Below are positions 37,733 to 51,760 of a stretch of DNA of 64,000 nucleotides, piece after piece. The stretch comes from Eledone cirrhosa (lineage: Eukaryota), in NCBI GenBank assembly GCA_964016885.1, contig OZ024742.1:47988001-48052000 (forward strand), written 5' to 3'. Position 1 is the first letter of the stretch. Each line of letters starts with the position of its first letter. The notes beneath the pieces are model-generated. The model saw only the letters and a program-made list of their open reading frames with translations, did not search any database and was not told where the DNA came from. The position numbers and the translations under genes were made by a program.

Positions 37733-40169
37733 TAAATCCAGCGTACGTAATTGTTGTTTGGAAAATGTATACATATAAAATGCGTCTTTGTACAATTATA
37801 TAGGCGCAAGGAAAGATGAATTTCTGAGAGTAAAGCTGTTATAAAAACGATTCTTACCACACACACACGTACACGATACACACACACACATACACACACA
37901 TATATGTATATATATATATACATAGATGCATAACCAAAGAAAGATCGGATACATTGCTCACCACTTATCGTTTAACCTTATGGGAGCATGAAAAACTATT
38001 TGACAAACTTCATATGATAGAAAAATACCTTATTCCATATATACGAAAACAGTAATTTTACAAATCTTTTGGCTGATAAGAGTGAATTTCTGTTTCTTTC
38101 ACTCATCCCAAAAACCATGTTTACTCACATATGTTCTAGATCGCAATATCTCAGTAGCGAAGAATCATGTCTCTGTTGAATAGGCTAAAACTTGTATACA
38201 GTACTTAACTTGTAATTATTTCATCGAACCTTGGACACGTGGTTAGAATGAAGATGGAAAAATCGCTGGACATGTTATGAACCAAGTAAACTAACACTTA
38301 GATTCAGGCTCAGATCACGAGCTACGTCGTTTGATAAATGTTATGAGATCGGTTGCCCTCGTTTGGGGATATAAGTGGAGATGTTTGTTTTTAATAGGTT
38401 CCATCCCAGGAATACGCAGGCGAAGAAGAACTTCCATTGATGACTGAACTGCTTTCTACCTCACAATGTAAACATATTAAAAATCCCGCTAAATTGTATA
38501 TTGCAACTTTTAAAGATTTTTTACAACCCACTTTTTTGTAATAAATGCTATAAAATATCAAAATTAAGATTTGATGAATTTTTCTGTTATTTTCAAATTG
38601 CCCTTAATACAATTTAACATTATATTTCGTAGATTCTACAAATGACATAGCATCATATTTGTGAGGTTTAATATGAAAGTTATCAAATAGCTACTTCGAT
38701 GAAATACGAAAATAACGGGCTTGTCCGGCCGCTTTCTCTTTGCATGGTTCACCGTCGAGACCTCATGCGTCTTCGCACCCCGTACGGCCGACCACTTCCG
38801 TAAAATCTGTACGTTTCTTGAGGAGCAAGCCCCGTAAAGTTGTGTGGCTGTTGCAGTAGGAGTCGCTGGCCATTGTCCACGGAAATATCTTAGCAGTTTT
38901 ATCCGTGTGGCTCAGCCGAAACACCGCTCCACCCTAGGCATATAGCTTAACAACCTTCCCCTTCCTTTCTTCCATAATAACCCTTGCTGTTACCCTCATG
39001 TATGGCGTTTATAGTTCTTTCCTCTACTTTACGATACACCTAGATCTGCCGTTCTCTACACCTCTCCCCTCTTTTCCTTACTTAATTTTATTTTTATCCT
39101 TTTGTTCTGATCTCTGACATTTTACAACGTCTTTTTGTAAAATATAGTTGACATAATATTTTCATGCATAATTGATTAAATAGAAATGCCCTAGTTAAAA
39201 AAAGAATTGTAAAATATACCATGGGTTTTCTTGGGAAATGAAGATAAATGAATTAAGTCGTTTTTTTTTTTCACATTCCGTTTTGTATAATTTCGTATGA
39301 ATGAACAATTTTCTCGTTCCTAAACATCCCTGAATATGAATTTTGTTTCGTGAGAGTTTTTCAATTTGTTTATTGTGAGAGTTTTTCCCTTTGTTTGTCG
39401 TTTCTAAAAACATTTACTGTTACGTTACTCATCTTGTAGCTTGATTTTGTGACATCATATGCAATACAATTTGAAATGACATATATTATAAATGTGGAAA
39501 TGTAAAGAAAAGTTAGTGTTAACATCGAAATAGAGAATTAGAATGAGAGAGAAAATAGCGGGGTAAACATGTAAATCAAATGACAGAGAAAAGCACGAGA
39601 AAGAGAACGAAAAAGAGAGGGAGGTACGGAAGGAGAGAGAGAGAGAGAGAGAAATTGACACATATATATAGAGGGAGGATATGCAGTAAAAAATGAAAGA
39701 GAAAACAAACAAAACAAAATGTGAGAAAAGTATAACTGTTAGATAATATAAGAAGTATTAACTTGTTTCACAGAGAAATATGTGTATCCCCATTTGTTTA
39801 CAGAAACTATTAATTTTAGGCGTTAAATTAATTTTCACGTTTAATTCTAATTGATCTCGCTTCCTATCCCATTTCCTACGATTATAATATATGAATGGTG
39901 TGTCAGGAAGCCTAATTATGAGGAAGGGTTGGTACACATTTAATCGATTGGGAAATAAGTGTATTAACTGACGTAAGCAAGAAAGTGTGAATAACAGATA
40001 CAATAGTATTATATAGGTGATAATCTGAGGTTATATGAATACAAAACAAACGCCTCCGTCATAGAACGTTTGAGAATCCTGAAACTAAACGTTTAATTAT
40101 CCACATGGATATCATGAAATTAAGTGAATAAAAATAATTCGACATTATAAAGAGGGCATTTTACACATT

Positions 40170-41146
40170 TCCTAACATTGGATCATCCATAAGGTCTATA
40201 AAACTGCAAAACAGAAACCAAAAGTGTACCATATTATGTAGATTAGAAGACTTGCTCGAGCTTAGGAGCAAATAATTTGTAATATTTCTGATAGCTCTTG
40301 AGGTTCATCTTAAATTCAAACCACGTCGAGAAAACTTTGCATTTCATTCATCCGGAGTCGATAGTGTAAAATAGTAGTCAAGTACTGATTGGGTAGATTT
40401 AATCAACTTTGCCCATCACCTCAGAATTCCCTGGGTTAAATTGCATCAATTAGAAGTTATTATAAAATACAGACTTAATGACTCGAAGGATACATTGTAC
40501 AATTAAGGCGTCAAAGAATTCTAACCCAAAATTTATTTTAAAATGAACTGTCCCAGGAGCTAAACATATTATGATGAATAATAGACTGATGAGATTTACT
40601 TAATGTATTTAATTCTAGGCTCAATCAGATTAAATGCATGGTGGGGCACAGCCATCAAAGCTCTATTTCTTAGTATCTACCCTCGTATTCATTTTTTCTT
40701 CAAGTTTGGTTAATAAGTCCTTGAACTCTTCTTTTCAAACCAGTATATTACGGGACACAAACACAAAGATGTGTATACATTCGCATGCATACCACACATA
40801 AAGAGTTTGTATGACTTGATTACTTGATGACTTGATAATAGAACCACATAAAGACAAATAATATTTGAATGTCCAAAAAATGATTTTATAATTCACAGCA
40901 AGATGGGTAAGAGACATTTCAGAGTTTAATCCAATCGGCATAATTCCAATCTCTTCCTCTTAACTGTATTGTGAATGTGTTTGTTGTGATTTCATGGATA
41001 TGTGTTGGTAAATATGATTGTTATTTAATAGATTCTGTAGAGATTATCATAGCAGGAATGAATATTCCTGCTATGATAATTGAAACGCTTGTAAACCAAT
41101 TAAAAGATTTACTTTAATTTAATTAATCCAAACTATAGTATTCTTA
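40170..41146 (+). mobile_element. Decayed Penelope-like element
   Basis: Faint RT-thumb and GIY-YIG-like peptides (KLHQLEVII, VYTFAC), a terminal hammerhead motif, then (TA)n. Confidence 0.45.
41031..41097 (+). ncRNA. Degenerate type I hammerhead with a 17-bp perfect stem II
   Basis: Reads GATT CTGTAGA G ATTATCATAGCAGGAAT GAAT ATTCCTGCTATGATAAT T GAAA CGCTTG TA AACC. Core A6 is mutated. Confidence 0.6.
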
Positions 41147-41429
41147 TATATATATATATATATATAGTTTTGCGAGGCTTTTTATATGAAATCGTGTGTC
41201 GAAACAAATATTGTTATACTTGGGGAGGGTCATATTTGTGTAATATTGCCAGAATTAATAACAGAACACACTCACTGTTTGGTTGGTTTTCGCTTCTCGC
41301 TTCTGTGTCTTTTATATCGGTAATCTAATATACTCGGTCCTCAATGTTGCCATTGACTGACCGGCGGTCAAAAATACTCTTTGACTAATGTTTTCTATGT
41401 GAGTTTGTGATCTTGATTTGCTTAACTAC

Positions 41430-41529
<100 letters not shown>

Positions 41530-41574
41530 GTGACGAAACATAAGTCAATTGCATGAACTCATAATCCTTTATTT

Positions 41575-41630
41575 ACTGCTATATATATTTCGATGATAGC
41601 CATTGAATGACTATGACCTCATCAGGCAGT
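41575..41630 (-). ncRNA. Type I minimal hammerhead ribozyme with intact core
   Basis: Reads ACTGC CTGATGA GGTCATAGTCAT TCA ATGGCTATCATC GAAA TATATA TA GCAGT: 5-bp stem I, 12-position stem II, palindromic stem III, AUA triplet. Confidence 0.8.
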
Positions 41631-41709
41631 TAGTCAGTTCTTAGATATGCCAGCTCTGTGTTTATAGTGTTGATGGTATCAGAGCTTTGGGACATATATA
41701 TATATATGG

Positions 41710-42284
41710 GTCATCGGGTTAGCCATCCCAGGGCGGGCATCCTGGGCAGAGCCAACCAGGACCAGTAATGCACATTTCGCATCATTGGCGGTCCTGTGCC
41801 ATCTATACTGCATCCTCCAAGGTGACGGTTATTCTCTGGAGATCTTTTTTAATCACATCCAGCCATCTAGTGAGTGGGTGGGTGTTGGTTGCTTTTCCAG
41901 GCTATAGCTGCTGCGACGAATGAAAGTAAGGCAGTGGTAGAATGATCTAGTGAGAGGTGGAGGACATGCATATGTGGCGCGTGACCATGAGGCTTGTGGC
42001 TCCGTGTTGATACACGCACGCAACTCTTTACTGGTTGTAACATCTGATATCCTCAATGGGCCTCATGGCTCGGCTTTCACAGTCGCTGATCATCTTTGCC
42101 AGGGTCATTCTGAGGGGCCAGTTGTATCCCCAATAGAGATGACCGATGTGTTGTAGTTTATACGGAGCTTCGTCTTCCAAAATATAGAGAATTGGCGCTA
42201 AACGTGCTTCCATAAGAGGCACATGTCATTGGTGGACAGGCCACATCTGCGGCTGATCTCCGGTGTCCCGTCTTGAATGTTGGT
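41710..42284 (-). mobile_element. Decayed 3' fragment of an RTE-clade LINE
   Basis: Peptides HLYWGYNWPLRMTLAKMISDCESRAMRPIEDIR and RWLDVIKKDLQ..EDA..MAQDRQ resemble the RTE ORF C-terminus. Confidence 0.6.
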
Positions 42285-43566
42285 GACATTAAAAGAAGAA
42301 GAGAAGAATTAGTAACAAGTATTATAGAATCTATAATAACCTTTGAAATAAGGTAGAAAGATGGGTATATTTTTAAAAGAAGTGTGTATATATATATATG
42401 GGCCTTTGAGAAAAAGATTCTAAATTCATAAAGAATTGAATATTAGCTGTATACTTTAATTTAGATTCTATAATAAATAGACGCACTGACTTGTTTTCTA
42501 TCTGCTTGCATAAATTCCATAAAACATTTCACAAAGTATACAGCTAATATTCAATTCTTTATGAATTTAGAATCTTTTTCTCAAAGGCACACATATATAT
42601 ATATACACTTCTTTTAAAAATATACCCATCTTTCTACCTTATTTCAAAGGTTATTATACATTCTATAATACTTGTTACTAATTCTTCTCTTCTTCTTTTA
42701 ATGTCTAACCCCTAATCTGTACCTTTTCTCACTCTTGCCTAACATAGAATCAATTATTACATAATACAATACACTCTTACTCTATATCACCTTGTAAAAA
42801 TCCTTCGTAAACATATACATTTTTTGACGTTAGATTATTCATCCTCAATTCATTATTCTTTTCTCCCTTTCATCTAACTCATTCATCTCACAATATTTCC
42901 TTACTTAAATAACCTGTCCCTTTTAATAATACATATCAACATCTTCTTAACATCGCACATATTATTAAACCCTTAAACATTATTCTCAATACATATTAAC
43001 ATTTTCTTTTTTCATCGCACATATTATCAAACCCCTCAATATACAAACCCTAACTTTACATTATTTTTCTCTTCGTTAATTTTCAAATTCTTTCAATTTA
43101 TTCATTATCTTCCAACGGTTTTCAACCTCTCTATGTAAAACAATATATCTTTTTCAGTTATAAAAGCTATCTCTCTCTCTCTATCACCCATCTCTCCTCC
43201 TATCTCATCCTTCCTCATTATACTCCTCCTTCTCCACTTTTTACTCTCATCTCCTCCTCTTTTTCATCCTCCCCCCCCCCTCTAAATAAAATATTTTTCC
43301 CAATATCACACATCAATCTAAAACTACTTCTCATATGTTGATTCAAAACTGAACTATCCACAAGTGTTTTTTAACCTTCATATCATGTCTTCATGTTTTA
43401 TCTGATGAAAACACAAATATTATTGCATGATGATATTTGTTTTTGAAATGCGCAAAATAAAATACATGGAACTCTTTTAACCATCTTTTGTTCTTATATA
43501 TTTGATATAAATTTATCCTTATCGAGCCCTCTTTGGATTTTAGTCTTCAAATTTATTATTATTACT
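42285..43566 (+). mobile_element. 5'-truncated Penelope-like element with a 5' inverted pLTR copy
   Basis: Inverted arms 42285-42457 and 42533-42705. The spacer encodes IINRRTDLFSICLHK, like the PLE C-terminal LNKRSEL.S.C.H. Hammerhead at 43392-43468. 3' end shared with 63838-63880. Confidence 0.7.
43392..43468 (+). ncRNA. Type I hammerhead motif with mutated cleavage triplet
   Basis: Reads CATGTTTTAT CTGATGA [long AU-rich stem II] GAAA TGCGCA AA ATAAAATACATG. Confidence 0.6.
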
Positions 43567-43641
43567 ATATATATATATTTTTTTTTTGTTTCTGAATTTG
43601 TTTACCAAGATTATTTATCTGAAAACGTGTGTTGAAACCGA

Positions 43642-43991
43642 TATTGTTATACTTTGGGAGGGTCATGTTGCCAATAAGAAACACACGCACCATAGTGTTC
43701 ACTCCAATTTATTATAAATTAAAAGCATTTTTTTTTTTTCTTATAAATTTCCGGTTGGTTGGTTGGTTCCACAACCGGACGGTTGTTCTTATATTGTCAA
43801 AGTTCTTTCCTCAAAGAACTTTGACAATATAAGAACAACCGTCCAGTTGTGGAACCAACCAACCGGAAATTTATACATTTTTCGAAAAAATAAAAAAAAT
43901 AAAAATGTTTAATTTATAATAAAATGGAGTGAAAGCAACTGGTGCGTGTGTTTCTTATTGGCAACTTTACCCCCCCCCCCAAGTTATAACA

Positions 43992-43995
<4 letters not shown>
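43642..43995. repeat. Fold-back copy of the TATTGTTATAC-terminus family
   Basis: Palindrome centred near 43810, near-perfect over 43742-43875 and imperfect out to the termini. Confidence 0.8.
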
Positions 43996-44037
<42 letters not shown>

Positions 44038-44062
44038 GTATGTATATATATATATATATATT

Positions 44063-44143
<81 letters not shown>

Positions 44144-46179
44144 GGGGAAAAATAAGGGAGAGAGAGAGATTGAGAGAGAGACTACGAGTTAAAATACGAG
44201 TGGAATAATCCATAGAGCCATATATAGAAATGAAAGACGTGATTTTGATAACAAACTTAGTTTTCATATCATATATATAAATGAGCAAGTCTATTCCTAC
44301 AAAACATACACCACTTTAAGTCATTGTATACAAATGTTGATGTAGGAAACAATGCGTTTGTACATTTTTGGAATGTTAGTTGTTTCTCGTCATTTGAAAC
44401 ATTCGATACCAGGCTTAAGTTGCTGGATAATTAGTTACTGTTTCATAATTTAGCGTTGGTTTGGTGCTTAATTGTTGCTGTTTTGCGGCAGTTTAGTCAG
44501 TTCTAAACAAACCAATGATCAAACGGGTTAATTCAGAAGCTATAACATTTTTGTTTGTCAATTTATCTAACGTGTCCTGTTTGCAAGAATGAAAAAGCGA
44601 TGAGGGCATAGGGCTAATAAAATTGGCATTGCAACAATTCTGTAATGGAAATAGCTCAACAAAATGTTAAATCTATTCTAACTTCATTTGCGAAGGATTA
44701 CATTCACCGTAATTAATGATCTAATGGAAAAATGAATCACTATGAAATGATAATACCTATTTGATGTATTGGTACACAAAACTAGAATTGTTTAATGAAT
44801 GAAATATCTATCATTGTTATACTAAAATTATCCTACATTTTTGTAGATAGAAAACCTGATATACTGGGTGAAAATTAACCTTAACGAAATATTAAAATGC
44901 ATGCTGGGTGTATGGTTGATAGTTGTGCCATATATCAATATATCAATATAATGGGAGAACGCCAAGATTACCTGACTGATATTAATATCGATTTTTTTTT
45001 TTTAATATGAAAGCGTGAAATGACGAAACCCATAAATTTAAAAATAAATATATCCCCAGAGCCGCAACCAACATTTAACTTTCCATATTTTTTCCATCGA
45101 AAATTTCTGTAACCTTATTTTCTGTTTCATTTAAAATATCCTGATGACTTCTTTTCCCCAATCAAAATAAATCTTTGCACACATAACATAAACTGAATCC
45201 AAGCATGCAATATATTTCCATCTGTTGTTTATTTTATATTTCATATTTCTCTTCTTTCTTTGACTGAAATATTTTTATTTGTCGTTTAATTTTTTTTTAT
45301 TTTGATTCGTCCTCTCTCCTTCATCCTTCTAATTTCCACGCCAGTCAACTTTTTCCTACAACGATATTTTTTATTTTAATTTATCGTGAATTATATTTTC
45401 TTAGAATATTTTATCTTATTTTTTCTTTCAATTGTTTCACTTCTATTCATTTTATCTCTCTTTCACTATTTTATAGTGTACCGCCTCCCTTTATAATCTC
45501 TCTCGCCTAGTTCATGCATTCCTTCACTTCACAGGTTTTCTTTGAATATTTTTGCTCTATTTCTCCATAATATTTTCCCGCGTTTTCCTTTCTATACATT
45601 GCTTTCGTTTTCTTTCATTTATTTATTTTTATTTATTTTATTCCTTTACATACTATTTTCTTTAATTCTATTTTTTCCGGTCTTCTTTTCATTTAATGTT
45701 CATTTTATTTTCTACCACATTTGCTTCTTTCCTTCCTGCTATGCTATCTCCAGTTCTTTTCACTTCATGCCTTAAATTAATTTCCAAAACCAGCAATAAT
45801 CCGTGTCCATCGTTACCAATAGCGGGAATCAATTCTCCAATCCAATCAATTTTAAATGACATTTATTTCTTTAGACTTTTGCTCCTCAGTAACCAGGGAA
45901 AATGTGTAGGTGAGATATTTTCTTGAACTACATCAGATATCCCTCTCTCATAGAAATAATGATGATTACGAGACCAGCAACAACAACAACAATAACACAA
46001 GCAATGGAAATAATAACAATAAAACCAACGCCTGCAGTATCACCAGTAACTTGACGGCCACCACCTGCCTAACGACGACGACCACCACCACCACCAAAAC
46101 CAACAATAATAATAAATCGTTGTCTTCATTTCCTTTTTATTAGTACTCTACTATTCTACTTGCTGTCTCCGTCGTCCGA

Positions 46180-46220
46180 ATAGTAGTAGTAGTAGTAGTA
46201 GTACTATTAGTAGCAGCAGA

Positions 46221-46255
<35 letters not shown>

Positions 46256-46278
46256 TAGTAGTCGTAGTAGTAGTAGTC

Positions 46279-46317
<39 letters not shown>

Positions 46318-46318
46318 T
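46180..46318. repeat. (TAG)n/(CAG)n trinucleotide microsatellite
   Basis: Direct reading. Confidence 0.9.
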
Positions 46319-46839
46319 GGATGACGATGGAAATAAACATAATGAGGATGACAATGATGAAAATCGTCTTAATCCTCCTCCTCCTCATGGCGATCGCTAT
46401 TAGTCAAATGATAGTAATGATTACCACCTACAGAGACACCAACAATAACACATAAAAGCAATAGAACCACAACGTAAATAAATGTGCGTCAACAAAACAT
46501 CATTAATAACAAACATTATTACTGATCAAATTTTCGACAACTACAAAAATAAAAATAGTAGCGCTATCTACAGTTAGTATTATCAAAACCAACGAATAAA
46601 TAATGTATGTATCTAGCTGTGGGTGATCATATACAAATAAAACAAGCGATGTATTCAATTTAACATTAGATTATAAAACTAAGTGAATTTCAAAACGAAT
46701 GTAAACGACATTAATTCTGTGATAGAATAAGATGGGATATTGGAGATACAAACAGAAAAAGTAATTGAAATATCATTAAAAATATAAAGAGGTATGTTTG
46801 TGTAGACATACTAAATATACAGACATACATATCTATATG

Positions 46840-46974
<135 letters not shown>

Positions 46975-47010
46975 CTGTATATGAATGTATGTTTAGATTG
47001 TATAATTATA

Positions 47011-47046
<36 letters not shown>

Positions 47047-47047
<1 letters not shown>

Positions 47048-50000
47048 CTTGAATCTCAGTCATTGATGTCAGTTAACTGGAAAGTCCGTTGGAATGAATA
47101 TCAATCCACTACCTGCAGCCTCAGATATTCAGGACGTATCGGGGGGTTCTTGCTGTTCCCAGCAAGCATGCCTTTTGAAGCGTTCCAAAAAGCGTGAAGG
47201 GGCCGATTTTCTTTAACCATCCCTGGAAACTTTTGGAGATAGTCCCCAGTGCGCCTATGACAATCGGGATCACTTTGACTTCATGGCAGTTCCAAATCCT
47301 TTTTACCTCCCACTTTAAGTCCTGGTATCGGTTAATTTTCTCCCTCTCCTTCTCTTGCACTCTCGTGTCGAATGGGCAGGCCACATACACAATCAGACAC
47401 GATCTTTTTTCTTTGTCCACAACCACCAGGTCAGGTCTATTGTGTTCCAGTTTCTTGTCCGTCTGTATCCTAAAATCCCACAGCACCTTCACCTGATCGT
47501 TCTCCATCACCGCCTCTGGCTTATGCTCATACTATTTCTCAGAATGTGGTAAATTGTTTACTTTGCACATGTGCCAGTGGATCACCCTGCCCATCACATC
47601 ATGTCGCCAGCCCTTATAGTGGGTCTGGGCTAGGTGTTTACACTCGGATACAATGTGAGCCACAGTCTCCTCTCTCTCTCCACAGATCCTGCACAGCGGG
47701 CTAGCCTCCTCCTTGTAAATATGGTGTTTCAACCACTTCGTTTTGAGGGCCTGCTCCTGCGCAGCCATTAACATTCCTTATGTAGCCTGTTTAAGGTCTC
47801 CTCTTCTCAACCAGTTCCATGTCTGTGGATCTCTAAATTCAGTTTTCTCAAAGAAGATACTATGAAGGGATTTTTCCTGAAGGCTGCTCTTTCTCGTTGA
47901 TGTTATTTCCTCCTTGGACATCCCCTGGCCTATTCTCCCCTCCTTCAGTACAGTTCTGAGCATTGGCTCCTTACTATCAGTCACGTATTTGTGTAGGTTG
48001 TTTTTCTCCATCTGAACACAGTCCTCTATGCTGATAAGACCTCTTCCACCCTCAGTTCTCCTTAGGTAGAGTCTATCGACATCACTCCTCTTGTGGAACA
48101 TGTTGTAGATAGTCAATAGCTTCCTAGTCTTCCTATCCATTTCTTTTTGTTCAGCAACATTCCATCTCAGAATTCCCGCACTGTACCTAATAATAGACAC
48201 AGCTCGGGAATTTACTTCGCTTATGGCATTTCTGCTGTTCAGATGTGACTTCAATACGCTCCTTACTCTCCGAATGTATTCAGTTCTTAACAATTCCTTC
48301 ATTTTTTTGTTCTTTATGCTATCAGCCTCCAGAACGCCCAAATACTTGTATCCTTCCTCAGAGTCAATTTCCTTTATCATCACACCTGTTGGTATCTGGA
48401 TTCCGTTACTTCTGCTCAACCTACCCTTCCTCATCACAATGACTCCACACTTACTAATACCAAATTGCATACATATATCACTGCTGAAAATACGGACAGT
48501 GTCAACAAGCACATCCAACTCCTTCTCACTCTTCCCGAAGAGCTTAAGATCGTCCATGAAGAGGAGGTGATTGATGGTAAGCCCTCCCTTTCCCAACCCG
48601 TATCCTGCTCTCACTTTTCGCAGTACACTGGTCAGGGGCATCAGGGCCAGGACAAACAACAGAGGGGACAGGCTATCTCCCTGGAAGATACCTCTCTTGA
48701 TCTTCACGCTTCCCAAGGATTCTCCAGTTGATGTCAACTCTGTTTCCCAGGACCTCATACTCTTGCCCAGCAACTGTCTGATGTTATCTGGCACCTTGAA
48801 GATCTCCAGGCTTTTGGTGATCCAAGAATGAGGCACCATGTCAAATGCCTTTCTGTAGTCTATCCTTCCCATGGCAAGATCAGCGTGTCTCCTCCTGCAA
48901 ATCCCCATTACCATCTTATCAATAAGTAACTGGTCCTTTGTACCACGTGACTTCTTTCGGCATCCTTTCTGTTCGTCCGGTAGCAAGTTGTTTGTGTGGA
49001 GGTGATGGTAAATTTCCTCAGACACAATGCTCGTCAACAGTTTCCACATTACGGACAGACATGTGATAGGTCTATAGTTGGTAACATCATTACCCTTGAT
49101 TCGGTCTTTCATTATCAGAACTGTGGTACCTTTTGTCAACCACTCTGGTACCTCACCTGACATCAAGCAGTCATTGAACATGGTTGTCAGTTTCGGGTGG
49201 AGGGATGTTATATTTTTAATCCAATACCCCTGCACACCATCAAACCTGGTGATTTCCAGTTGGTTAGTTTTTTGGCCTTCCCTTTAAGAGTGTCAACTGT
49301 GATACTCAAATCAGTTTGTTGGTGTGCCTGCTCACCGATCTCCCTCTTTACTGTCTCAATCCACCCTGCCTGGTCATTATGTCTAACATCCTGCTCCCAT
49401 ATTCCTCTCCAGAATGTTTTAGTTTGTTCCGCCTCAGGGATCAAGTCGTTGCCTCTTTCTTTCCCTTCAAGCTGTCCAAACAGCATCTTCTGGTTGTTGT
49501 CGAACATGCGGTTCTGTTATACTGACTGACTCTGTTCTCGTATGGCCTGATTTTGGCACTCTTTGCTACAATGCGTTGCTTCAGTTCCTCTATAATAATA
49601 TTTAGCTTTTTCCTCCTAGTTTTGTACTTTATTTCCAGTCTATTTTTAGTGCCTATGTTTTTTAGTGTCCCATTCAGTAGTGACTCAAGCTTCCCAATGT
49701 CATTTCTCATTTCCCTAATTTGACCACTCAGTCGTTTCTTCCACCATGGCTCTGCTCTTTCTTGTCTGTTGTTTCCTCTCGCTTTTATACCAAGTAGTTT
49801 ACTCACCGTATTTGCTGTTGCTTTGAGGATATTGTTGCACTGGTGAAGGCTCCTCGCCTCAAGGTATGGGATGACTTTGCTTACCTTAGCTGTTGTTTCT
49901 TTTAACTTTTTCCTTTCTACAAATCTTAGGTTCATAGGTCTCCCACTATCATTGTTCAATTCATCTACCACTAAATTTAGGATGTCAACCGAATCTTGTC

Positions 50001-50505
50001 CTAGCCCGTCAGCATTCATCTCCTCAGTGGCCGTATCTCTGTTCCAGGTATTATTTATCTCAGTATTCAGATCATTGTCTGCTTCGGGTGGTTCCTCCGT
50101 TCTGTCGACCTCTTCACCTTCATTTCCCACTGGCTCGTTTGCCTGGCATACTCCACCCTCCATCTCCAAGCTAATCTCTCTGCTCAGTTCCTCCAGTTCC
50201 AGCTCGCTTATCCACCCATTAGTTCTTATTACCCGAGCCTGCCCGGCCAATTTTTGTTCATCTAATTTAAATAGACCAATCTCGTTCCAGATGTTATGCA
50301 TCCGTCTCCTATAGCCCCTCTCCTTGGGGTTACTTTTCAGGTAACATTGCATAACAGTTCTATTCAATTCTTTCGTCCAGCTGGTTCTGGCCCCTTTCCT
50401 TCTTCTTCTTCCTCCGACACCAGCAGTATTTGGTTGACAGCCAGGTTCCTGCTGTTCTGCCAGGGAGCACCTGTTGGGTGAGAGTCTGTCACATGACGTT
50501 CTAGC
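47047..50505 (-). mobile_element. R4/Dong-clade (RLE) non-LTR retrotransposon, near full length with few lesions
   Basis: N-terminal WTKELNRTVMQCY..RGYRRRM. RT motifs YRPITCL, QGDSLSPLLF and FMDD. Also CRIC..ETVAHIVSEC, RHD and PD..(D)VACPFD..KEREK..Y endonuclease. (TAA)n tail at 47003-47046. Confidence 0.92.
47121..50400 (-). pseudogene. R4/Dong single ORF (RT-CCHC-RLE) split into five fragments
   Basis: ORF-track pieces 49441-50367, 49208-49507, 47778-49235, 47532-47774 and 47121-47510 are collinear. Confidence 0.9.
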
Positions 50506-50965
50506 AACTCTTAGTACAAATGCTACGTAAAGCTTGAGCCCCCCAAAAATTCGGACCCAAAATATATTGTTATAAGGCTGAAATATTCAAATATTCAACT
50601 TTGTATTGTACATCGTATATTCAAAAAAGAAAATGGCTATAAATGGAAGAAGAATAACCCCCCCCTCCTCTGTCTACACCATATAGAACAGCCAAACAAC
50701 ACCAATCTCACCAACACCAGAAACTAGATACACCACCTACCCCATCACCTCTCTGTGTACACTAAACACAACACCCAGATAACGGCAATTTCACCACCAC
50801 CACAACCAATCTCAACATAATAATGATAATAATAAATACTATTATTATTGTCCCAATTTTAACAAAATGTTTAATTCCAACATTAAGGGAATTTATGTCA
50901 AAACATATACGCGACTAACCCCATAGATTCACCGAACGGACATCAGTAACGACAACGCCGCCCAT

Positions 50966-51177
50966 CCATCATTACTACCACTATCCCATCACCGCCGCCA
51001 CCACTCCTTCATTGCTACCACCGCTACAACACCATCACTACAGTAATACGACCACATCACCACCACCACTGCCATCATTACTACCACTATCCCATCACCG
51101 CCGCCACCACTCCTTCATTGCTACCACCGCTACAACACCATCACTACAGTAATACGATCACATCACCACCACCACTG
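50966..51177. repeat. 106-bp tandem duplication in CAC-rich low-complexity DNA
   Basis: 50966-51071 is repeated almost exactly at 51072-51177. Confidence 0.9.
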
Positions 51178-51760
51178 CCTCAGTATCGACATCACCACCA
51201 CCACTGTCTCAGTATCGCTACCGCCTCTATTCTCTCCCATTGCTTCCTGCTAGTTGCTGCCACCACATTATATAATTCCTACTAAAAAAGAGGAAGGCAT
51301 CAAAATATATAGATAGACACAAAAGAAAAAAAACAAACATCAAAACCAAAGCAGCACAGCAACAACAACAAAAAAAGAGAAAAACAAACAGAGAAAAACA
51401 AAAACAATAAAAAAACGTAAAGCAAATAAGAATGAAGAGAGAAACAAGCGGACGGACAGAGAAGAGAAGGGAAAAACTAAGTCAGACATTCGAACACTAC
51501 ACTACAATGAAACTTATGCTTATTCATTTTTGGGTTTTTTTCTGCCTGTTTGTTTGTTTGTTTATTTGTGTTCGTCTACAGCGTGGTGATAATGCCACAC
51601 AAGAGCCAAGTGGAGCGGCGCAACCACCGGAGACGGTGAATCCACAGATGGTTATGTAACCATACATTCACCAATCCTCGATAAGAGTGTTTAAATATCG
51701 AACCTAAACAGTTCGAATAACGGTGAAATGGATAATTATTATTATTATTTTTGTTGTTAT

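Noticed and set aside
38710-38960. GC-rich island that might be an exon or promoter
   Set aside because: No coherent ORF, splice pair or repeat match within the window.
45875-45910. Possible host micro-exon (TTTCTTTAG..TAG|GTGAGA)
   Set aside because: There is no recognisable peptide or partner exon, so it is plausible by chance in T-rich DNA.
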